Shown here piece after piece: positions 37,767 through 47,375 of a stretch of 64,000 nucleotides of DNA (its first letter is position 1; each line of letters opens with the position of its first letter). This DNA is from a virus. A program made the translations under genes and the position numbers. The stretch lies in IMG/VR virus record IMGVR_UViG_3300043122_000207, positions 96,001 through 160,000 of that record; one strand, given 5' to 3'. Under the pieces are notes generated by a model. The model saw only the letters and a list, made by a program, of their open reading frames with translations, made no database searches and was not told the DNA's origin.

Positions 37767-38646
37767 AGTGATATTTGATAATAGCTATTATGAAGGGGAA
37801 TTAATTAAAGAAACTTATGATTTTAATAATAGTGATGATTTAAAAAGAAAGACGAGTGGTTTAATTCCGGTATACATTATATTCAATAATTCTGGTGCTT
37901 TAATTTCTAAAATAATAACCAAATTCACAAAGGGAGATTTTTCCCATAGTAGTTTATCTTTAACAGGGATGGATGAAATTATTTCTTTTGGTGACGGAAA
38001 TAAAAATAACGGTATTCAAGTTGAAAACATTTATGAATTTTATTCTAGTAGGTCCCCTGAAAGATTAAAAGTAGTTGCTTTTTTTGTGAGTGAAAGGGAT
38101 TATGAAAAAATATATGAGGTTCTTGCAAGGTTTAGAAAACAATTTAAAAAGTATAGGTATTCATATAAAGGTTTAATATTATTTCCTTTTCTACCTTCGG
38201 TGCCACCACACAACAGTTTATGGGAAAAAGATAAATTCTTTTGTTCTCAATTTTTAAGCTGGTGTTTAGGAAATATTACTAAAGCAATAACAGATGTAAA
38301 CATATCACCAAATGATTTAAATAAAATAATAGATGAATCAGAGGTTATGAATACACTTGTGTTATTTGATGGGAAGACTGAAGACTTCGACGAAGAGATG
38401 ATATATAAATTTGAAAAGTCTTTGGATATTAATAAGAATAAGCTGAATAAAAAAGTTAAAAGAAATATAGATTCTAAAAAAGAAATAAATATGACTAATT
38501 TTTTTAAAGAAAGTGGCGATGATTTAATTTCAGAATTAACTGCTGATTTAATTAATTTGGTTTATCAAGAAGAACTATCTGAGGATGAAAAGTACAGATA
38601 CAATAATAAATTGAATATGGTTATTAATGCGTACCAAAAAGACTAA
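37750..38646 (+). CDS. Permuted papain-like amidase (YiiX/NlpC-P60-like)
   Basis: ISKIITKFTKGDFSHSSL (His) preceding FFCSQF (Cys), the permuted catalytic order. Confidence 0.7.
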   Translation: MLMVSEVIFDNSYYEGELIKETYDFNNSDDLKRKTSGLIPVYIIFNNSGALISKIITKFTKGDFSHSSLSLTGMDEIISFGDGNKNNGIQVENIYEFYSSRSPERLKVVAFFVSERDYEKIYEVLARFRKQFKKYRYSYKGLILFPFLPSVPPHNSLWEKDKFFCSQFLSWCLGNITKAITDVNISPNDLNKIIDESEVMNTLVLFDGKTEDFDEEMIYKFEKSLDINKNKLNKKVKRNIDSKKEINMTNFFKESGDDLISELTADLINLVYQEELSEDEKYRYNNKLNMVINAYQKD

Positions 38647-38656
38647 TGGGATTTTA

Positions 38657-38668
38657 ATTATATATTAT
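38657..38668 (+). promoter_or_regulatory. Early promoter motif
   Basis: ATTATATATTAT. Confidence 0.7.
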
Positions 38669-38848
38669 TAAAGAGAAGTGATAGAATAATAAATTAAACA
38701 TACAGTTTTAAAACAGTTAAAGGAGTTGATTCATATGAAATAAAGAAAAAATTTTTACACACAACAAAAGAAGTAGATAAGAGAATCAAAAAGATTTAAT
38801 TAATTAATTAATTAAAAACTAAAAAATTTAAAGAGGAGATGGTTTTAA

Positions 38849-39733
38849 ATGAACACAGTATTTACTAAGCCGATTTCGCACGATAGTCTACAAAGAATGT
38901 TTGACAATATTGATATGAGTTTGGACGCAATCAATAATAGTAGACAGTTGATTTGTCCACACATGAAAGAAGTTGGATCCAATAACATGGATGAAGAAAC
39001 TTCTTTTAAATCTCAAGCTAAAAAAGTTGGGGAGAAAACTCTAAGTTTCTATATTGATGATCACGAGATTACATTGAAGGGTAACATGTTTCAGTGTCAT
39101 GTCTGTGGTTCAAGGTTCTTTGTACCTATGCAGAGACTTAAAGAAACAGATAGTGAATTAGAAAGATTTGCTAGTTGGGCACAAATGTTCCTTAACACAT
39201 TGAAACTTTTCAAAGGTTTCGTTTATGCGGATCCTATTATTCGTGGAGGTTTCGATGGAGATATGGGACTTAATGTTCCAAAGAAAGTTCGTGCCAATGT
39301 TGGTACACCATATTTAAAAGAACTTGCTGGCATGAATGTCCACATGAGTTCAGATTCTAGAGCAGCTAGAGCTGATAGAAGTCTTCAGCTTGATAGAGCA
39401 TTGTTTATTGCTCACCTTGAGGCTTTAGAAGAAATCTATTCTGCAATCGTTCGTTACTTACAGGGCGAAGAAGTAATTATGTCAGAAGAAGATTTAGAAC
39501 TCGGTGCTTTCATGACAGGTGTTGGTGATGGTGGATATAACCCATATAGAGGTGATGTCCCAAACGCTTATGTTGACAGTAGAAGAGAACCAAGATACTT
39601 GGATTCCATCGTTCAACCTAATGAGCGAGAAACCAATATTGGTGGAAGACCAAGACAGCAAGCCACAAGAACAGCAAGTAAAGAAAAAAAATCATCAGGT
39701 AAAAAATCTGGTGGAATGAAAAAAGATGTGTAA
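38849..39733 (+). CDS. Hypothetical early protein with Zn-binding motifs (CPH, CHVC)
   Basis: Early promoter at 38657, GGAGATGGT RBS, basic disordered tail, terminator after. Confidence 0.7.
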   Translation: MNTVFTKPISHDSLQRMFDNIDMSLDAINNSRQLICPHMKEVGSNNMDEETSFKSQAKKVGEKTLSFYIDDHEITLKGNMFQCHVCGSRFFVPMQRLKETDSELERFASWAQMFLNTLKLFKGFVYADPIIRGGFDGDMGLNVPKKVRANVGTPYLKELAGMNVHMSSDSRAARADRSLQLDRALFIAHLEALEEIYSAIVRYLQGEEVIMSEEDLELGAFMTGVGDGGYNPYRGDVPNAYVDSRREPRYLDSIVQPNERETNIGGRPRQQATRTASKEKKSSGKKSGGMKKDV

Positions 39734-39742
39734 ATAAAAAGT

Positions 39743-39772
39743 GCGAGGGTTGATTCCCTCGCTTTTTTTTTG
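39743..39772 (+). terminator. Intrinsic terminator
   Basis: GCGAGGG..CCCTCGC plus long T tract. Confidence 0.88.
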
Positions 39773-39810
39773 TTAATTTTGTGCGTTCCTAGGTAATAAT
39801 ACTTTCTTGG

Positions 39811-39824
39811 AACAATCATCATAG
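39811..39824 (+). promoter_or_regulatory. Late promoter of the vRNAP beta C operon
   Basis: AACAATCATCATAG. Confidence 0.65.
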
Positions 39825-39853
39825 AACCTATTATTAGGAAAGGTGATGATGAA

Positions 39854-40930
39854 ATGAGTGTGAAAGAACATTTTGAAAGTTATATAAAATTCCCAATTGT
39901 GAATCCAAAGGTTAATAAATATATAGAGAATTTTGTTACAGAAAATATTGATGTATTGGGTTCTATAGGTGTGGATCAAAAATTAGTTTTTGGTGACGAG
40001 AGAAAAAAGAGATTTTTAGATTTATACGGTTTTGATGAAAGGTCTTTTAAAAGGTTTATGAGAGGAAATAAAGTTATAAAATCCAATTTTAAACATTCAA
40101 GAAAACCTGAATATCTTTTGCCTGTGACATCTTATGCTCTTGCTTCTAAAAAAATAAAAGATAATTTTTTGTATTTTTTATCGATTATGATTTATACCAA
40201 TAAACATCAAAAGTATTTCGAGTATGGTGTTAATCAAGAGAGAATGGAATATACTATATCTAAATTATCGAATAGGTATCTTCTTAAAAAGAATGGGACA
40301 ATTTTAAAAACTTTACAGGAAACAACTGATACAATAAAAAATGCAAGAATTGGTAGTAAGACTTTTAAAGAAAGAATAAAAAGATTAAACGATGAAGATT
40401 ACCTACAGATTGTAAACCGTTTTGATACGAGTATTAATTTGATGATGAAGAACATAGCAAACGAATACTATGAAAATGATACTGTTGTTTGGAAAGATGA
40501 AGAAATTCTTGATAGAGAGAATTTAAGAACTACAACTAATGATTCTCTTAAATTTGAAAATGTCAAAACAAATTTATCCGATAAGACAATTAAATACGGT
40601 TTGGATACATCTATACTTAAAGAAACAAACGGAATGAAATATTCCAAACAAATGAAAGAGTTACTGAATAACCATTCCAAAGAGATATCAGATCTTTATG
40701 AAATGATCCTTGATGATTATATGAAAAATACTGCTGTGCCTGGTATTGAATATGCGAAAAGATATGGGTTTGTGAAGTATTACAAAAATTCGAGAAAAAA
40801 AGATAAAAATATAAAAAGAAAGATAGAAAAATTAATGAATAAAGTTGACGATATAAATAGATATAAATTTTCTAAAGTTCTAAATAGATATTTGGTTGCA
40901 TCAATCCATAAAGAATTACAGAATGTTTAA
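39854..40930 (+). CDS. Hypothetical late protein
   Basis: 358 aa, late promoter at 39811-39824, first gene of the operon with vRNAP beta C. Confidence 0.65.
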   Translation: MSVKEHFESYIKFPIVNPKVNKYIENFVTENIDVLGSIGVDQKLVFGDERKKRFLDLYGFDERSFKRFMRGNKVIKSNFKHSRKPEYLLPVTSYALASKKIKDNFLYFLSIMIYTNKHQKYFEYGVNQERMEYTISKLSNRYLLKKNGTILKTLQETTDTIKNARIGSKTFKERIKRLNDEDYLQIVNRFDTSINLMMKNIANEYYENDTVVWKDEEILDRENLRTTTNDSLKFENVKTNLSDKTIKYGLDTSILKETNGMKYSKQMKELLNNHSKEISDLYEMILDDYMKNTAVPGIEYAKRYGFVKYYKNSRKKDKNIKRKIEKLMNKVDDINRYKFSKVLNRYLVASIHKELQNV

Positions 40931-40941
40931 AGGAGGAAATT

Positions 40942-41622
40942 ATGAAAAAGTCTGGAATCAAAAAAGCTAAAAAAAGAATATTAGATTTTTTTTCTGATGT
41001 CGACAAATCTGGAAAAAATGTTGAGCTCTATAAAGAAAAATTTAAAAATATGACAGATAAAGAATTCGTTGAAATGATTAAGCAAGGATTATTAAAATTA
41101 TATATCAAACCCTTTGATATAGAGCCAACATTAGAGGATGCAAAAAGAGCGTGTGAACATGTGGGTCTACCAACTGAAGAAGAAATAACTTTACCTTTTT
41201 TATATGAAGATGAAGAATTGGGGGCTGCTATCAGTAATGAAAAGGTCATGGTTCTTGAAATACCTTTTAAAAGATTACAGCAGATGATATATAAAGAAAA
41301 CTCCTCCTCATCAGATATGACAACACGGGATAAAACTAACCAACCGATTAAGGATTCAAAGTCAGCAAAAATATCCGATCAAGAAGTCAGTGTTTTAGAT
41401 TATAAAGGTTTTGAAAAAACATTAGAAGAGTTTTTAACATTTAGGGCAGACCATACAATAAGTAAAAATGAAGCTTATGATAATATTGTAAAATCAGGAA
41501 AAACAAATATACCCGATAGTATAAATGATCCAGAAAGTAAAGTTGCTGTCAATTATTTGCATGCTTTATTTTTGGCTATGGGTATATCTACAGATTTAAT
41601 AGAAGATTTAGATCAATTATAA
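40942..41622 (+). CDS. Virion RNA polymerase beta subunit, C-terminal fragment (phiKZ gp149-like)
   Basis: KRLQQMIYK, NQPIKDSKSAKISDQE (Q...gq+fgEmE equivalent), EEFLTFRAD, LFLAMGI. Confidence 0.8.
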   Translation: MKKSGIKKAKKRILDFFSDVDKSGKNVELYKEKFKNMTDKEFVEMIKQGLLKLYIKPFDIEPTLEDAKRACEHVGLPTEEEITLPFLYEDEELGAAISNEKVMVLEIPFKRLQQMIYKENSSSSDMTTRDKTNQPIKDSKSAKISDQEVSVLDYKGFEKTLEEFLTFRADHTISKNEAYDNIVKSGKTNIPDSINDPESKVAVNYLHALFLAMGISTDLIEDLDQL

Positions 41623-41638
41623 AAAGGAGTGTTAAAGA

Positions 41639-42439
41639 ATGTTTGCTAAAATAATGAATTTAGATAATGAAGAAATTAAAGATTATTTAATTACTATTCT
41701 ACCTTGGTTAATAATTTTATTGATGGCTTTTAATATGTATTATCAACAGGTTCAGTTCTCTGAGTTTAAAAGCTCAATCATAGCAAGAATTCAGTTTGAG
41801 ACAACTAAGGAATTTAAAAATGAAATCAATATTTTAAGTGAAGAAATATCTGGTCTTAGAGAAGAGATAAAAAATTATAAAGAAGATAATGAAAAAGAAA
41901 TGGCTGCCGTTGTGAATGATGGAGATGAAGAAAAAAGATTATTAGAAAACTACCAATATATCATGAGTAGAGAAAATGGTTTGTCAAAACAAAATATTTT
42001 AACATTAGAAAAATATGCTGAAACTGAAGATATGCCGGATATAAATCCACACTTGGTTTTTGCGATGCAATATGTGGAATCAAGATTTAATCCTGATTCT
42101 GTAAATGGTGGTGTTTATGGTTTAGGACAAATAAGTTTATCGACTGCAAAATATATCAAAGATTATTTTGGGTATAATGACATTATAAATGAAAACACTT
42201 TAAAGGATCCAAATTTAAATATAAAATATCATGTTTCGTATCTTAAACTTTTATATAAGACTAAAGGTAGAAATTGGTATAATGTAATTATGGTTTATTC
42301 TGGTGCAAAAATGGCTGATGACCCCAATGCTTTTATGTGGAAATACATTGGTAAAATGAATGATTTTCTTTCTAAAACAAGGGGTACTAGTTTTCAAAAA
42401 ATAATAGCAGATAAGGATTTCAAAATAAAGTTGGAATGA
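41639..42439 (+). CDS. Membrane-anchored lytic transglycosylase (SLT domain)
   Basis: N-terminal TM, coiled coil, AMQYVESRFNP (catalytic Glu), GLGQI, VIMVYSG. Confidence 0.8.
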   Translation: MFAKIMNLDNEEIKDYLITILPWLIILLMAFNMYYQQVQFSEFKSSIIARIQFETTKEFKNEINILSEEISGLREEIKNYKEDNEKEMAAVVNDGDEEKRLLENYQYIMSRENGLSKQNILTLEKYAETEDMPDINPHLVFAMQYVESRFNPDSVNGGVYGLGQISLSTAKYIKDYFGYNDIINENTLKDPNLNIKYHVSYLKLLYKTKGRNWYNVIMVYSGAKMADDPNAFMWKYIGKMNDFLSKTRGTSFQKIIADKDFKIKLE

Positions 42440-42506
42440 TAAATAATTTTTTTATATCCACAACAATTTTTTGAAGGAGAAATAAACATATTTGGGAGGG
42501 GACATT

Positions 42507-43709
42507 ATGGCTAAAAAAAATACATCTACTGATGATATGGAGCTAGGTTTATTTAAAACTGGTTTTCCTATGTTTGACCTTTTGGTTGGTAGAGACCATG
42601 TGACAGATAAAGAAAACCCTGATGATTTCGTGAAAATAAGGGGTCTACGTTCTGGTTCCATGGTTTCGTGTTTTGCAAAATCAACATATGGAAAAACCAC
42701 ATTACTTTTAAATAAAGCTGGTAATATAATAAGAAAATATAAATATGATGCAGAACCACAATTACACATAGTTGATGCTGAGGGTGGTGCTGAGTTAGCT
42801 AGAGTTTGTGCCACAACAGGTATACCTTATGATAAAAATGTGAATCAAAGAATAAAGGTTTACCCAAGACATAAGGTTACAACTGAAAAAATGTATGATT
42901 GGTTTTTAGAATTATATGAGGAGAAAAGAAAAAATAAAGATAAATATTTAGGTGAGGTTGTTTTAGGCAATGGTAGAAAAGCAAAAAGATATTTACCTAC
43001 AATTTGGTTTATAGATTCAATATCATCACTTATCCCTGAAAAATTAAAAGATAAAAATCAGGTTGATGAAATGTATGCGGCAACAAAGGCTAGAGTCAAT
43101 AATAACTATATTGAGAAAATGCGTGATAAAGCAAGTGAAGTTAATATTATGATTTTTTTGATTCAACACGAGGGTAACACTATCAATACCAGTTTTTATG
43201 CACCCAGAGAAAATAGAGGCTATAGTAGTGACATAAAACCTAAGGGTGGTACTAAAGCTATTTTTGAATCTGATGTGTCTATCTGGATAAGTAGGATAGT
43301 TGCCCATAATAAAAAGAAGACAAATAAGAAATACCCTAATGAAAAGGGTTTTACATCCATTATGGAAGCAACCATAGTAAAAAATAGATATGGTGAAGCC
43401 AATAATAGAACCAAATATTCACTGGTTCAACATAGGGAATATGGATTTGATCCACTTCATTCTTACCTTTTTGATGTTTTAGAAAAAACAGATGTTATAC
43501 AAACTAAAAGGGGTTCTGGTTGGAGGTCACTGGAAGGGTACGATGATAAATTTTATGAATCTGATATCCTTAATTTAATAGAGACTGATGCAGACTTTAG
43601 AATAGCTTTATCTAAAGAAGTATCCAAAGCTTTCCATGATACTATTAGATACCAGGACACTGACGATATATTAAAGAATGCACAAAATTTAATAGATGAT
43701 CTTTTGTAG
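42507..43709 (+). CDS. uvsX: RecA/UvsX-like recombinase
   Basis: P-loop AKSTYGKT, VDAEG, IWFIDSIS (Walker B), KPKGG, IVKNRYG; start refined from 42492. Confidence 0.85.
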   Translation: MAKKNTSTDDMELGLFKTGFPMFDLLVGRDHVTDKENPDDFVKIRGLRSGSMVSCFAKSTYGKTTLLLNKAGNIIRKYKYDAEPQLHIVDAEGGAELARVCATTGIPYDKNVNQRIKVYPRHKVTTEKMYDWFLELYEEKRKNKDKYLGEVVLGNGRKAKRYLPTIWFIDSISSLIPEKLKDKNQVDEMYAATKARVNNNYIEKMRDKASEVNIMIFLIQHEGNTINTSFYAPRENRGYSSDIKPKGGTKAIFESDVSIWISRIVAHNKKKTNKKYPNEKGFTSIMEATIVKNRYGEANNRTKYSLVQHREYGFDPLHSYLFDVLEKTDVIQTKRGSGWRSLEGYDDKFYESDILNLIETDADFRIALSKEVSKAFHDTIRYQDTDDILKNAQNLIDDLL

Positions 43710-43735
43710 TGGTATAAAATATTAACTCCTCCTTA

Positions 43736-43747
43736 ATTATATATTAT
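43736..43747 (+). promoter_or_regulatory. Early promoter motif of the operon containing nvRNAP beta C
   Basis: ATTATATATTAT. Confidence 0.7.
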
Positions 43748-43790
43748 AATGGTGAACGAATAAATAATAATTTAAAAAGGAGGAGTTAAA

Positions 43791-44618
43791 ATGAATGTTA
43801 ATTTAAAAAATTTAATTACTGATTTAAATGGAAAAAGAATATTTTATCTAAGTGATGAAGATTTAGGAGAAGAAAAAATGTTGAAACCCGATAATATCGA
43901 TATTGAACCACCACCTCTATTAAGGGACACAAAAAACAATATAGAGGATTTGGATATTGATGGTTTAAATAAGATACCATTTTATGAGACCATAGGTGGT
44001 GCCTTAAGATATTACGGTGAAGACTTTGATGGTGAGAAATTATATGTTTACTCACCAGTTAAAGAATTTGAAAATGTCAACATAATAGAGAATGAGGACT
44101 TAGTTAAGATTACACCAATGTTTAAATATCTTGATGAACTTTGGGTTATGGAAAATGTTAAAGTTAAATGTTTAGGTATAATAAAGATGTTTAAAAACGG
44201 GGATGATTGGGATTGGAAATGGGTTGGTTATTCTTTAGAGATGGGTGAATTAGTAAGGGAAAATATAGATAAGAATGAACCTGAATACTTAGAGAAGATA
44301 CCAACATACATGAAAAAACTGGTTGAAAAAATGAAACTAAATAAGATACCAAAAAAAGAGATGGTTCATAAAATTTTAAATAACCCAAAACTTGATATAC
44401 CAATGACAGATACAGGAATAAAACCTGGAGACTTTGTTCCTATTGTGAAAATAAATATGTTGACTGGTAGACACTTTACGATGTATTATAAAATCAAATA
44501 TATAGAATATGAATCTAAAGTGGTCGTTTATTATAAATCACCTTGGACATATGAGTATGAAGAGGATATATTTGAAACTATAAACAATGGTTACATTTAT
44601 ATACGTTTATACAAATAA
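43791..44618 (+). CDS. Early protein with divergent ADP-ribosyltransferase-like N-domain (tentative)
   Basis: FYLS..L.P, IPFYETIGGAL, LYVY, ELWVMENV..KCLG pattern recalled from phage ART-like proteins. Confidence 0.35.
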   Translation: MNVNLKNLITDLNGKRIFYLSDEDLGEEKMLKPDNIDIEPPPLLRDTKNNIEDLDIDGLNKIPFYETIGGALRYYGEDFDGEKLYVYSPVKEFENVNIIENEDLVKITPMFKYLDELWVMENVKVKCLGIIKMFKNGDDWDWKWVGYSLEMGELVRENIDKNEPEYLEKIPTYMKKLVEKMKLNKIPKKEMVHKILNNPKLDIPMTDTGIKPGDFVPIVKINMLTGRHFTMYYKIKYIEYESKVVVYYKSPWTYEYEEDIFETINNGYIYIRLYK

Positions 44619-44631
44619 GGAGTTGATTGTT

Positions 44632-46629
44632 ATGGAGTTCAGTAAAAAGATTAGAGGTATGGTTGCAAATGCTAGACAAGAACCTGAAGACAAATTAGAA
44701 GAATATTCTGGTAAAGGTAATACAGTTCCTTTTGCAGGGAAGGTGATGCCCAATAGGGGCATCATGCATTCAGCCGCTTTAGACCAATTTGTAGAACCAA
44801 TCGATGGTGATATACCACAATGTAATACAGTATATGCTAACGATATTTTTCGTTCTACAGAGCAACTATTTGCTAAAGATGATATGGAAATACTTCATAT
44901 TATACCAAAAGTTATTGCTGGTAAAGAGACATGTGTTAAAGCATATATTCTGAAAGATAAAGATGATAAAATTCATCTACACATTAATCCTGGTTTTAAA
45001 GAAACAAATGAATCTTACGGTTTCAGGGTTGACTCATCATTAGATGAAAAAGAAGTGGGTGACAAATTATCTAGTGAAGACACAATAATGAGACCACATG
45101 CCTTTGATAAGAACGGCATTTATAAAGGTGGAATAAATGCAAACACAATATACATGACAGCTTGGGAAACAGTTGAAGATGCATTTTTGGCTTCAGAGAG
45201 TTTCATGAAAAAAGCTGCCAACTATAAAGTTTTCCACTATAAAGATGAATTTGATTTAGACAATGCAGTTATTAAAAATTTATATGGGGATATGAATAAT
45301 TACAAACCATTCCCTATGATTGGTGAAAAGATACAAGATAATCCAGATAATAAATATGCTAATACAGCTGGTTTCTTATTATCTTATTCCACCAATGCAT
45401 CAAATGAAACTTTTCTGCGTTCCAATGAGAATCTGATGAAGATATCACAGGACGACACATTTAAAAAATATCCTGATGGTTCTGTTATAGTGGATATAAC
45501 AGTTAGACAAGCTAGAGGTCAAGAATGTAAATCTGAATTTCTAAAAGGTTTGATTGATGACAATAGGGAATTCGAATTAGAAATATATGATTTATTAAAT
45601 GAATACAAAGATGAAGGGTACGAGTTTTCAATCGATACCGAAGACCAGTATTTAAAATACCAGTATATTTATGAGAGGATAGCACCCAATGATGAACCAT
45701 ACACATTTAGAAGAGGTAAACACGGGTATGTTCCTTCTAATAAAATTTTGATTGATATTAAAATGGTTAAAATAAATATACCATTTACTGGTCAGAAATT
45801 CACAGGACAACATGGAAACAAAGGTGTTTGTTCGGTTGTTGTCCCTGATAAGGATGGAGATCTAAGGGATATGAAATGTGCAGGAGTTTTTAAAGATGGT
45901 ACAATAAAAACAGAAGATGGTAGAAATGTTGATTTTGTTATGTCAACAGCTGGTGTGATATCTCGTGCTAACCCGGGACAGTTGGATGTTAGAACCATAA
46001 ATCAAATGTCATATAAGGTGGTTAAACATTTAAAAGATAACGACGATGAATACTCTGTTGCTGATAAATTAGATATCATAATGATGTTTGTTAAAATATT
46101 TTCTGATAAGCAAGTTGAAGCTTATGAAGAATTAGTAGAAGAGTTTGGTCCGGAGCATTTTCTAGATTATATCTATGAAGAAGGTATACTTTGGAATTTA
46201 AAACCATTCTCTCATGGTATTACTGCAAACACTTATTTTATTGCGACAGAGTTTATGGATGAGGTTGGAATTGATTATGGTGATTTTGGTAAAGACTGGG
46301 TTTTGGTTGATGGTGAAAAAAGATTTAAAGCTGAGAATGCATCCATGTATATTTATCTTTTAAAACAGGATGCTCTAAAAAATATGTCAATAAGAACCAG
46401 GGGTGCCTATAATCAAAAAGACTCACCAACGAAAACTGAAAGTAAGAAAAAGCATACAGAAAAATATAGTAGTACACCCATAAAACAATCTTCAGATGAT
46501 ATGTTTTTATTGATGGGTATGCTTGAACCGGAAACTGTTAAGGGGATATTTTCAACTTCTGATTCATCGATAGTGGAAACACTAGAAGCACATCTTTCAA
46601 TAATGGGTGTTGAATTATCTAAGGATTAA
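44632..46629 (+). CDS. Non-virion RNA polymerase beta subunit, C-terminal part (phiKZ gp71-73 / AR9 gp089-like)
   Basis: NRGIMHS, VEDAF, GQKFTGQHGNKGV, SRANPGQ, YLLKQ; start refined to 44632. Confidence 0.9.
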   Translation: MEFSKKIRGMVANARQEPEDKLEEYSGKGNTVPFAGKVMPNRGIMHSAALDQFVEPIDGDIPQCNTVYANDIFRSTEQLFAKDDMEILHIIPKVIAGKETCVKAYILKDKDDKIHLHINPGFKETNESYGFRVDSSLDEKEVGDKLSSEDTIMRPHAFDKNGIYKGGINANTIYMTAWETVEDAFLASESFMKKAANYKVFHYKDEFDLDNAVIKNLYGDMNNYKPFPMIGEKIQDNPDNKYANTAGFLLSYSTNASNETFLRSNENLMKISQDDTFKKYPDGSVIVDITVRQARGQECKSEFLKGLIDDNREFELEIYDLLNEYKDEGYEFSIDTEDQYLKYQYIYERIAPNDEPYTFRRGKHGYVPSNKILIDIKMVKINIPFTGQKFTGQHGNKGVCSVVVPDKDGDLRDMKCAGVFKDGTIKTEDGRNVDFVMSTAGVISRANPGQLDVRTINQMSYKVVKHLKDNDDEYSVADKLDIIMMFVKIFSDKQVEAYEELVEEFGPEHFLDYIYEEGILWNLKPFSHGITANTYFIATEFMDEVGIDYGDFGKDWVLVDGEKRFKAENASMYIYLLKQDALKNMSIRTRGAYNQKDSPTKTESKKKHTEKYSSTPIKQSSDDMFLLMGMLEPETVKGIFSTSDSSIVETLEAHLSIMGVELSKD

Positions 46630-46647
46630 AATCATAAATGATTTATG

Positions 46648-46688
46648 ATTATATATTATTAGAGTGAAGCAAGTTGAATATTAAAAAA
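46648..46688 (+). repeat. Early promoter plus leader, 41-bp exact duplicate of 9343-9383
   Basis: Identical 41-mer. Confidence 0.9.
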
Positions 46689-46702
46689 TATTTTAAAAGG
46701 AG

Positions 46703-47353
46703 ATGTTAAGTATGAGTTTAGTTATTAAGAATTTGGTGAAAAGCTTAAACGTTGATGAGAAGAATGGTAATGTTTATCTCGCAGATGGTAATGGTAAAGG
46801 CAATAGTCAAGAGGGTGACAAGTTTGTGAATGTTGTTAAAGGAACAACATATCCAATTGAGGGTTTAACTTTTATCGAGGGTAGCGATGATAATTACATG
46901 ATTCCTGATGATATGTCTGGTATGTATTTGGGTAAAGGTAACAAAGTAACAGGTTTACCTGATGATGATTATCTTATCGGTAATTGGAAGCTGGCATCAG
47001 TAAATCCTAAACACTATGAAAGAAATACCAGAAGTACAGCTGGGGGAAGAAGTAGTGGTGGAAGAAAACCTAAGGTTACTATCAAAGAAAAGTTTAAAAG
47101 AAGTAAATCAGATAGTAGACCGACCGATGCTATTAAAGCGACACTGAATAGTATTATTCCATACGAAACTAATGATCTCACAAAAGGTGAGACAAAAGAT
47201 TTAGAAAACATCGTGAATAATGTAGAGAAGAACACAGCATCTTATGATGACATGTTCTACTTATTAGATATTCTCGGTATTCGTAATGAGGTTGTTATTG
47301 GAGGTAAAAACCCTAATGGTGTATCCATGGGGAAAATTTATGTCAGAGTATAA
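46703..47353 (+). CDS. Early protein, tandem paralogue A (possible C-terminal HTH-like domain)
   Basis: YMIPDDMSGMYLGKGNKVTGLPDDDYLIGNW aligns with the next gene. Confidence 0.7.
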   Translation: MLSMSLVIKNLVKSLNVDEKNGNVYLADGNGKGNSQEGDKFVNVVKGTTYPIEGLTFIEGSDDNYMIPDDMSGMYLGKGNKVTGLPDDDYLIGNWKLASVNPKHYERNTRSTAGGRSSGGRKPKVTIKEKFKRSKSDSRPTDAIKATLNSIIPYETNDLTKGETKDLENIVNNVEKNTASYDDMFYLLDILGIRNEVVIGGKNPNGVSMGKIYVRV

Positions 47354-47375
47354 TTAAAAAAAGGGGGTCTTTGTT

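Noticed and set aside
42672-42695. RecA P-loop starting with Ala (AKSTYGKT) as a sign of inactivity
   Set aside because: Fits the [AG]xxxxGK[ST] consensus, and Walker B is intact
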